Under the pieces are notes generated by a model, which was not told the DNA's origin, made no database searches, and saw only the letters and a list, made by a program, of their open reading frames with translations. From Perna viridis (Eukaryota), in the NCBI GenBank assembly GCA_037379345.1, contig CM074515.1, forward strand, positions 22,072,001 through 22,136,000: 64,000 nt of DNA, in the 5' to 3' direction. Positions 42,601 to 53,245 of the stretch are shown here, one piece after another. The position numbers and the translations under genes are program-made. Each line of letters begins with the position of its first letter. The stretch's first letter is position 1.

Positions 42601-44183
42601 GAGTAAACTATTAGTTTATAATATCAATGGAAAATTCTTTAAAATTATACAAAATATGTATAATAAAATTAAATCCAGAATTATTTTCAATTCAAACAAA
42701 TCAGACTATTTTCCATGTGAAATAGGTGTTCGCCGAGGCGAAAACCTACCTCCTGCTCTATTTTCTGTTTATTTAAATGATTTACAAAAGCTTCTCGCCT
42801 CTAAAAATGTGGTGGGTCTTGATTCTATCACAACGGATTTAGAATCTGAACTTAATATGTATTTAAAAATATTTTTGTTTTTATATCCCGATGACACGGT
42901 ATTACTTGCGGATAACAGTACAGAGTTACAAAACATGTTAAATGAGTTTCAAAACTACTGTGAACAGTGGCATTTACTTGTCAATGTCGACAAAACAAAA
43001 ATACTTATATTTTCATGAGGTGCAATAGCAAATAACCTCCATTTTACTCTAAATGGTAAAGAAGTTGAGATTGTAAAAGATTACAAATATCTTGGTTTAT
43101 ATTTCGCTAAAAGTGGGTCCTTTTTAACAACCCGAAAATATCTATACGAAAAAGGTTTGAAAGCGATGTATGGTGTATTGAGAAAATGTAGACGAAACAA
43201 GCTATCTATAGACTGTCAACTAGACATTTTTGATAAATGCGTTGTCCCTATATTACTATATGGCTCTGAGATTTGGACATTTGAAAACACGGACATTTTA
43301 GAGCATTTACATTTAAAATTTTGCAAAAATATTTTACATTTAAAACAGTCTACACCAGACTGCATTGTATATGCCGAGCTGGGACGATATCCTTTAGAGG
43401 TAACAGCAAAGGCTAGATTGGTGAATTTTTGGGGTAGCCTTATAACAAGGAAAGACAGCAAAATTTCTAGTCTGTTGTACAAGTTGCTGTTTATTAACTA
43501 TAATAACTATGGTATTGATAACAAGTGGCTATCATTTATCAAAAACATTTTAGACAACTGTGGAGTGTCTGTTTTATGGAATATGCAATATGCTGACAAA
43601 GGTGCTTCAAAATATATTGAACAGATTCTTAAAGATCAGTTTACTCAATTGTGTTTATCTCAGATAAACGAATCACCAAAATGTCTTTGTTATAGAATAT
43701 ACAAAAAAAAATTCAATTTGAAAACTATCTTGAATTATTACCAAACAATTTGTTATTTACTCTATGCAAATTTGGATGCGATAGTCACCGTTTTCCAATC
43801 GAGACAGGAAGGTGGCAAGGCGTTCCTAGGAACGAGAGACTGTCAACTTTGCGACTCGAGTGACATCGGTGACGAATTCCATTACATTCTATCTTGCAAA
43901 TATTTTTCTTTAGTTAGAAAAAAATTACTTCCTGAGTATTGTTGGAAAAATCCTAATATTTTTAAGTTTGATGATCTGTTCCACACAACAAATATTATAG
44001 TTTTAGAAAAATTAAACAGATTTGTCAAGTTGATAAATACGAAAGTCAGTCCTCCGGGTTAATCTTCTACTAAATTTATCACGTATTGTATTTTTCACAC
44101 ATTCATATAATTGTTATACATTATTGTAGATATGTTTCTCTTTAAGTATGTAATATGTAGTTTATGAGAATAAAGTTCATTCA
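39650..44183 (+). mobile_element. Decayed near-full-length non-LTR retrotransposon (APE-RT LINE, probably RTE-X/RTEX clade)
   Basis: ORF1 remnant at ~39.7-40.4 kb: coiled coil, then DLQTRSMRENLVFTGI..FHRVHRFG..RPIVCRF..FGVNEQYPKEI. ORF2 is broken into 40924-41505 (APE: FGDFNSRTG, VVDY, SDIHSPL), 41646-41915, 41924-43018 (RT: FIDFQRAFDSV, GVRRGENLPP, YPDD) and 43157-44062 (CQLC..IGDEFHYILSC). The 3' end is AATAAAGTTCATTCA. Multiple stops and frameshifts. The 5' boundary is uncertain and may extend to ~39.15-39.2 kb. The clade call is from recalled motifs. Confidence 0.88.
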
Positions 44184-45452
44184 GAAAATCGTACAAATTT
44201 CAGATTTAATTAAATGCTCCAAAAACCACTGCTTGTTCTTTTGAATTATATTAATTTATTAATTTATATATTATTAGATTTGAATATAAAAAAAAACTAG
44301 TCAAGCCAATTACGGTTTATTGTCTGTGATACATTTTAATAATTACATGTATGAAACCTGTTGCAACCCGCCATGACATACCTGTAAGTATCAATTATTA
44401 AAAAATATTTTGCCAGCCATATTAAAGAGGTCTGTAAATAAATATACTTTATGAATAGTTTAAAGTCATTGGTTTTTCAAGTTCATTCAAGCAATACAGT
44501 GATTGGTATGAATTTAGACATTTAATACTTCCCAACTTTGTTGTGTTAAACGTCCGAACACATGCGTAGAAACCAAGAGGGATTAGTATGGTGTTTGTAA
44601 ATATTATCTTTACTAATAAATGCTGTTTATTCCAGCGATGTCCGAATAACACGTGGGCGTTTAGTCGAAGAGGAATAAAACATAACAGATGGACGTTAAG
44701 TGCATTTAATATTAAGATAATGCAATTTGCAAGATGCACATGATAACAGCACAGTAGTAAAGACAATGCATGACGTTTAACAAGGGGACCGGCGACATAA
44801 AAGGTATGCTACTTCCTCCTGTTATATGATGATGTAGACACTTTACTAAATTGTAGAAGTGTCGGGGTTGTATCTCGCTTTCGTGGTAGAAAATTTTGTA
44901 AACTTTTGGCAAAATTAAGCAATTGATAGGCTGAAACCGTCCTTTTTCATGAATTTGTGGATCCATCGTGTAATTTGAAACTATGTATCCTAAGTAAAGA
45001 GTCGTCACATTCTGAGACGTTTATATTGTGTTTCTTGATTATTTTTTTTCTTCTTGTTGTTCTGGATAATTTCACTGTAGAACAATAGTTTTGATACAAG
45101 AGTAATCAAGGGAACCAAGGTTATAGTGGTAATTAAAAGAATGTAATCCAGGGACAAAGTCCAAACATGGAAAACAGACATACACAACAAAGAACATAAA
45201 GTAACTAAAATCATACATACAAAGTAACAAAAGCAAATGAGCAACTAGGACTCAACTAAAAACTGGGAGCATGGACCAGGTGCACCGGTAGGACAAGCTT
45301 CAATAACTCTAATCTTTGAATGTAACATTTGTATTAAGAGAGAAAACCGATATATTACATGACAGTGGTCACACATTGTCTTTCGAAAAAAGTTCAGTTA
45401 TCTAAGCGGCAATTTTTTAAATGTGCATTTTTTATTTGATATTTTTCTTCAG

Positions 45453-48400
45453 ATGGATGAATTTGAGGGTGTACCAAACAGAATAAAATATCTGAAATTT
45501 GAAGCATTTCATTTATCATCAGTCTCAGCCTCAGATGATGGCGATTTCAAAGCATTGATAGCAAAACGAAAGGTTAGTTTTGATTATTTATCGTCTGGTG
45601 TTAAGGAAAACGAATGCAGATACTGTATCGGGGTTGTTTATAATATTTTAAATAAAACTTGTCATTACGGGGTCATAGACATGACCCTCAGTAAGCAGAT
45701 TGTATATATAGTCCTTAGTGCCATAAATGTTTCCAAGAAGCAGTTTGAAGTTTATTACATGTATGTCGTGTCGTGCTTGGTGTTGTCCAGGATAGTTTTC
45801 AACCCTGTGCAAGCAAACTGACGCTCATTTGGGACCGCCTTCAAACTTTATTCCAGATTCGCCACTATTTTCAATAAGAGCTAGATGATAACACAAGGAC
45901 TTGATGTCATAAGTTAGATCCATTTAAATGGCAAAAATTTTACTAAAATGCTGTTTTTAACATTCGTTTCATTTTACATGACCATGGCCATACAATAAAC
46001 GCCATGTCCAAGTCGTTGTGGATTATAACCATGGAAACACCCCATTTTACGGCTGTTAATTCACGTTTGGAAAGACTTCTGTGAGTCGTTAAGTTTTAGC
46101 GACTTCCTGCACTCATAAATTTCATTTAGGTGGACGGGGAAGTGATATTCGTCTTCCACAATGTTTTGTCAACGCACATCGTACCTTGTCGAGTCAGGAG
46201 CCAGGATCTCATGCAGGCCTTTAAATTGGTGGCGATTGAGTATGCTATTGTTTTCCAAATGAACTTCAACCTCCATGACTTGCTTGACTTAATTCCTTTT
46301 CCCCTCGAGGAGATTGGGGCTGCTGACAAGTCTCCTAAAAAATTCTCTGTCCTGGGCTGATTGTTCGACTGTTCGCCTCCAGGTCTCTTTTGGCATTCCT
46401 CTTTTACGTTTTCCTTCTGGTGTTCATGTGAAAGCAGTCCGTGGGTGCGCATTGGTATTTATCCTTAAAATATGGTCTATCCATTTCCATCTGCAGATCT
46501 TAATTTTATGGCTAATGAGTTCAACTTGGGCTGTTTCTCTCTAGTTTTCGTTGGAGATTTTTTCGGACTAGTAGACCTTAAATAATTTTTCTAAGACACT
46601 TATGATGGAATGTGTCATGTAGTTTCTCTTCCCCCTTTGTCATCTTCCACCTCTCGCATCCTTATAAAAATATAGATATAACGTTGGACTTGAGGAGTTT
46701 TATCTTTGTCTTTCAGTTGATTTTGCTGTTACTCCTTATTTAGTTTAGCTTGAAAAATACTGTTCGTGCATGTCCTAGCCTTCTACGCATATCTTCATTT
46801 GTACCTCCTGTGTTACTGACTGTTGCAACTATGTAGGTAAAGCTGTCAGCATTTTATACATCCCTTCCCATTATTGTTAGGAGTTGGCTATTCTTTATGT
46901 TGAGGCGCATTGCTTTCATTTTTGCAGCATATATTTCAGTCCTGTTGATGTTGCGTAGTTGTTTAAATTATCCACTTTTCTCTGCATCTGGTCTTTTGTG
47001 TTTGAGAGAAGGGCAATATCATCTACAAAATCTAGATCGGCAAGTTTTGTTGTCATTTTCCACCTTAAACCGGTGTTGTTATATGTGGTGGTTTGTCTCA
47101 TAATCCAATCAATGATAAGAGAGAACAGAAAGCCTGACATGTTGCACCCTTGCTTTACACCCGATTTAATGTCGAACCATTCATATACACTGTACCATCA
47201 ACAACTGTATATCTATTGCCTTCATTTATTATCTTGACCATCTCGATAAGTTTGTCTGGTATTCCACATACTTTCATAGTGTTTCTCGACGGACACTGTC
47301 AACCTCTATAGTTGTACTTTACTAACTTTGAAAACACCAGTTTATGACTTATTCATAATTTAGAATTTATTAACTGATAGAAAGTTTAATAAATGAACAT
47401 AAACATCAGAAGAGAATACACAGAACAATAGCAATACAATATAGAATCGATTGAAGAATATACAAGTATAAATTGATGAAGTAGCACATTGTTAGTGATT
47501 CATATTTTAAACATTTTTTTTTCATTGAAGGTCCTTTCAAAAGAACTAGAGAAATGCGAGAGTATTTTTTTCGGAAAAGATCCAGATCAAGAGGGTAACA
47601 TTAATGTGGAACAGGAAGCAGTTAAACAAGTGGAATTTTGTCGCAATATTTACAAATCAAACATTATTGAGCATGAGACAATCGATAATCTGGATATCAA
47701 TCCTACTCTTCATGGTACACCGGAAGTACAGAAAGATGGTAATCATGTAATGCTGCAGGCTGCATTACAAAATGGACATTTGGACATTGCAGAGGAAGTT
47801 ATTGCTCAATGTGATAAAAAATTATTGCTGTTACCGTTCGAAGACTCTAAAACTCCTTTACAGTATATAACAGAAAACGGAAATGTCAAACTGGCGGAGT
47901 GTCTGTTACGGAGACTAGACAGAGACGATGAAAAGCTTGGTGCTATCAAAGCTGAAACAGTTGTCGAGGTTAAAGGTCAACGACCACGAAGTCTTTCATG
48001 TTTTCATTTGGCAGCCTTTAAAGGGTTTACTGAGCTTGTAAAGTTGTACGTTCAAGTTGGTGTTGATATAGATTTTAAAAATTCGAAGAGAGACACCGCC
48101 CTTCTATGGGCATCACGTTGGGGACATTATGAAACTGTAAAATATTTACTTAATCAGCACGCTGATTGTATGGTCGAAAATGATAAAAACTCGACAGCAC
48201 TTCATTGGGCTGTCCGTTATGAGCATTTAGAGGTGGCAAGCCTACTTCTTACTCTCGGTAGAGCTGATCCAAACAAAGAGAGACTACAGGGCTTAGTTGC
48301 ACCAATAGTATTAGCTTCTGCCCTTGGAAATTCCAAAATGGTAAATACCCTGATACAAAATGGCGCAAATCCTAATCACACTATAAGAAATGGTGAAACT

Positions 48401-51016
48401 CCACTACACGTAGCTGCAGCAGAAGGTCACGATGGCGTTTTACTCCTACTTTTAAATAACAACGCGGACATCAATCGCAAGGACGAAAATGGAAACACGC
48501 CTATTTTAAATGCAGCTTCAAATAATCATCTTATGTGTGTTTACATATTGAGTAAGGCGGGAGCAGATACTAACATTAGAAACCACATCGAAAGAGACGT
48601 TTGGGATTTTGCTATCGACAGTGACGATAATACAGCATTCACAATTCTTTGTAAGACATCAAAAACTGTAAACTGTCCTCATCTGAAAGCTGTTAAAATG
48701 GGCCGTATCGATAAAGTTAAAATTGTTCGAAACTGTGGGATTGATATAACTTCTACAGACGTGACTGGAAACACTTTGATTCATTACGCAGCCAACTTTG
48801 ATAAATATAAATTGATTTCAGAATTTTCGAGTTTAATAGACATCAATATTAAAAATAAAAGAGGAAACACAGCATTGCATATAGCATGCTCTAAGGGAAA
48901 TCTGTATTCCATTAAAGCTCTCATTGCTGCAAAAGCACGGGCAGATGTTTCAAATAATGTTGGAAGAATGCCTTTGCATATGACTGCTGTTTCCAGGTGT
49001 ACAACACCTGAAATTGTACAAATATTGGTGGAATATGTGATCAAATCCCACACTTGGGAATGTTTGAATTCGGCTGATAAAAATGGCGATAATGCCCTTC
49101 ACCTAGCTGCAGAGAGTGCATCTCCTGACATCTTGTGGGAATTCAGACACATACGTTTCAAGGATTTAGATCAAACAGGAAATACTCCCTTGCACGATTC
49201 TGTCAGGCCAAATGAAGAGCAGGTTTTAGAAACCATGTTGGATATATTCGAAACAATGCAACGTGATGCTAACATAAATAGTCGTAACAAAAATAAAGAA
49301 ACAGTTTTGCACTTAGCTTGTACAGAAGGTTTTACCGAAAGTGTTGCTCGAATAATTTTTCTCGGAGGTGATCTATCGATTCAAGATCAAAATGGACATA
49401 CCATGCTTCATCGCCTTGTATTGAAGTCATCGAATATTGAGGACGACGTGAAAAAAGAAGCTACAATAAGAGAATGTGTTGGTATGATCGAAACAATTAT
49501 AAACAATGCTGTTATTTGGTGGTGCATAAAGAACAAGTTTCGAATTCCTGACAAAGAGGAATCATATTATACTAAGTATAAACGAGATGCAATTCTTTTC
49601 TTGCTGCATGATATTAGAGATGGTGCTGGACTTTCTGTAATTGGTTTAGCATGCCATTACGCTGCTGCAGACTTTTTATTGAAATGTATGACTATAGAAA
49701 ATATTACGTGCTTTTACAGGGAAGGCATAACTCTATACGATGTTACTTATTTCTCACCGAGAACTAAAAATAGTTTGGATACAGATCACAACGTTTTACC
49801 ATATCTACAAACTCTCGTGTGCTCGTCTGACAGACAAAACGCTGCACTTTCTTTGAATATACCACCACTTAGAAAAATGGAGGAAATGTTTAAAAATGTT
49901 TGCATGGCGACATATTTAGTGCTAATAGTATTGCATGTAACCTACATGAGTGTTTTGAGTTATTCGGGAATATATCTACTAGGTAGACTAAGAGCTGCAC
50001 CAGACGCCCTTGAAAGAGATTACTTATTCTGTTATTTCTGGACCGTCCTCGAGCCTATAGCTATCATTTTATATTTCATCACTTCCATAGGATTATCACT
50101 GAAACGCAGACAAAGTCTTGTTGCATCTTTTCCATGGAAATTTTTCTTGATGTTTTTTGTTTTTGCGGTTTTGGCGATTGTCTGGCTTGTTCTCTTGGGC
50201 GTCCGGAACACTATCAACGACTACATTTTTTCTATACTGCTTTGCCATGGTTGGTTACTGACAATAGCTTTCACAAGAGGTATTAAAGGAATTCATTATT
50301 TTTGGCAAATGTTAAAAATGATTATATTGAGAGACATATTCCGATTTCTTGTATTTTACTTACTTGTTTTGTTAGCCTTTTCTTTCGCATTTCATTCGCT
50401 GTTTCAAATTTCTCAGGCGTTAAGCAGTATTTACTTAAACCCCGGTGATACCATGTTCATGGTAATTAATGTAATGATGGGGTTTGGAGAGGTATTCGAT
50501 GACAACTTTGAAAATGGTTTAAAAGCAGTTGGAAGAACTACAGCATTTAGCAAAGCGATTTACTTATTTTACATCGTTTTAGCGACTATCATTCTACTTA
50601 ATCTGCTGATTGCTATGATGAACGATTCGTACTCGCGAATATTAGCTACCGCTAAAATTAACTGGCGAACGGAATCGGTTAAAATAGGCATAGGTATAGA
50701 AAGAGCGATTAATTGGACAACTTTCCCATTCAAATGGCTCCAATATACTGACATGGACGGCTCTGGTAAGAGATGGTTCGTCAAAGTATATGATAAAGAA
50801 ACATTTATATCTAAAAAAGTGGATGACTCTATCATTGAATATTTCAAAGGTGAATTCAAACAGAGTATAACAAATCAGAGATCTACTCTAGGAAAAATTC
50901 AACAAGATTTTGTTAAGACAAACGATATATTGGAAGTTCAATTACGTAAAATTGGAGACTTGGTAAACTTTTTACATGAAGATGGTTTTGGAGAAAGCGA
51001 CTCGGAAACTGAATAG
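45453..51016 (+). CDS. TRP cation channel, TRPV-like with long ankyrin array; paralogue B (~1201 aa)
   Basis: Coding exon 1 45453-45572 (MDEFEG..IAKRK|gttagt; 120 nt, same length and phase as paralogue A) is spliced to exon 47531-51016. It shares long identical blocks with A (GQRPRSLS.FHLAAFKG, KRDTALLWASRWGH, ENDKNSTALHWAVRYEH, DIFRFLVFY, TIILLNLLIAMMNDSYS). Pore VMMGFGE; acidic tail. Confidence 0.9.
46277..47298 (-). mobile_element. 5'-truncated RTE-clade LINE in the intron of TRP paralogue B, antisense, with target-site duplication
   Basis: Minus-strand RT fragments GVKQGCNMSGFLF, LDFVDDIALLS, RWKWIDHILR and PEGKRKRGMPKETWRRTVE, with a 3' tail aagtcaagcaagtc. Flanking direct repeats tcaacctccat (46266-46276) and tcaacctctat (47299-47309), 10/11 identical. 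Confidence 0.88.
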
Positions 51017-51794
51017 GTTTATTTCAATAATCGATGTTAATAAAAATAGAAAATTAACCTGTGCGCCCACTATCCCTCCCTAATTTATGGTTTTTTAGCA
51101 AATCTATAACCAGAACAAAATCTGGTATTTGATGGGACATTAAATGATATCCCGCTATTTTGTGTTGTATTATGATATTAATGGACACATGCTAAACATA
51201 GGAACAACAGATCTTTTTAGTATAATAAGTCCTTTATCTGGAATGAATTTCAGCATCTTAAGAAAGATAACTCCAATTAATTCACCTATTCATAATCCAA
51301 GAAAGTAAATCTTATTCATCGGCGGGGAAAACAGAATTGAAAAGGAAATTTAGGCTATTTAGACGTCATAATACCCTAAAATAACCTTCTTTCACAAGTA
51401 TTTATTATTCTAAGAAATATAACTCCAATTCATAAAAAAACATCAAATGGAGGTAACTTTTGTGTTAATATTCCAATCAAACTTGATCTGTATTTCGCAA
51501 CACTCAATTACTATACCAAGTTTGAAAGAAGATCTTTCGATGTTTTCTCAAGTTATTAAATTTAAACAGTCTGAATATCTGTGAAGGCCAGAATGTTTTG
51601 TGATGGTCAATTGACATCTTATGTTCAAATAAGTTCAAATGTAAAGTATTCAAATTTCTCTTAAAAAGAATAAAATATACAGTTGATACAACATCATTAG
51701 GCCTAACAGGAGTGTTTTTATTTGTTTTTGTTACAAAAAAGTTATGAAATTATTGTCCAGAGTTTTGTATGTTCTATAGAAAAGAATCTACATT

Positions 51795-52216
51795 AAACAA
51801 AAGGCTCTCGAAGCCTGAATTGCTCGCCCTAAAAACTAAGTTAGTAAAGGTATCATGCTTTGTTACCATGTTTGACAAAAAATTGCTGAAAAAGAGCATG
51901 TATTGATGAATGCTGTAAGTTCAACTGAGTACCTAAGGCACCGTGAAATGTTGAAAATGCCTTGTTTTAGAATCTTTGAAAAAAAAAGAGGTGCCCCCCC
52001 CACACACTATGCCCTGTTATTTAGTAACGACGGCCATGTTTTTTGACGGACCAAAAATCCAAAGTCATTTTGTGCAGGATACCCTAAGGAACAATTAGCT
52101 AAGTTTCATTCAAATCTATTCAGTAGTTTCAAAGGAGATGTTTGATAAAATTAACGACGACGACGGAAGCCAAGCGATGGCGATAGCTCAGAATAGCCTA
52201 TGGCCAGGTGAGCTAA
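51795..52216 (-). mobile_element. HINE-like element (same family as 14919-15979, inverted)
   Basis: aacaaaaggctc..gaagcct hairpin at the left; gacgacgacg microsatellite and gccaggtgagctaa at the right. Confidence 0.7.
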
Positions 52217-52872
52217 GAATTTAGATTAATCCGTGAAAAACAAAATTATACAAGCCAAATTACTTATACTATTCCATACTGTGATATCTACAAATTTAAT
52301 TGTAAGTTTCAGGAGTTAAAATGACAATCTGCATCATTTGTGTATTTTGGAAGAAGTTCAATTGGACAAAACTCCCACAAAAAAACGGAAGATCAAACTC
52401 ATTGTGTCATCATGTTCTTATAATTACTACCAAGGAAGTTTCACTAATTTCGCTTCAGTAGTTTCCAAGGAGCTGTGCTTACAATCAGCTTTAGCAATAT
52501 ATTTCATGAAATTTCAAAGTTCAAAAGAGGTATTACTCCCATAATATTCAGCAGATAAAAAAATTCTGGAAAAGCAAAACTACACAGCCAGTACCCAATG
52601 TGGAGTTGTACTTACGGAAGTGCAACAGACGGACATGCTTTTTCTACTACTGAGGTGGAGACATAATTACTCCCCATTGGTCTAGCTCATGTTGGGTTTC
52701 ATTTGATACCAAGTGATTTTAACTGTCTTGTTTATGTAGTATATTATACCTGCTTATATCATTCAGAAATATTCAGTCTTTGGGAACTACAAACATATAT
52801 AACTAGTTCCACTGCTATAAAAGAACAGTGTTTCAATGTCCCCTAAGTAAAAAGATATATTTCAAACTTTAA

Positions 52873-53245
52873 ATTCACTGAAATTTATTATGTCCAAGGG
52901 CCATAACTTCTGTAAAAAATCATTCAACCATAACCAAGTTGACTTAATCTGTAACTTCTCATAGTAAGACTACATACAAGTTATAATCAATTGGAAAAAG
53001 TGTTACCAAAAAATGTGTGGAAAGCTTAAATTAACTGAATTTTTTTTTAAGTCCAAGGGCCGTAACATCTGTAAAAATTTTTCAACCTTAACCAAAGTAG
53101 AACTTAACCTGCAACTCTTCATAATAAGGCTACATACCAAAAACAAACTTATTTGGTATGAGCATTACAAATAAATGTGGAAAACCCAGACCAACCAACA
53201 CCTGGCATTTCCATGTCCCCTTGTGATGCGTCCCAGGGACAAAAA
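52873..53245 (-). repeat. Two ~170-bp satellite-like units with a terminal hairpin (HINE-like)
   Basis: gtccaagggcc.taac.tctgtaaaaa repeated at ~52893 and ~53051; terminal tgtccc..gggacaaaaa. Confidence 0.5.

Noticed and set aside
41924-43018. Active or domesticated reverse transcriptase
   Set aside because: The catalytic motif reads YPDD instead of YADD, and ORF1/ORF2 contain several stops and frameshifts; this is a decaying copy.
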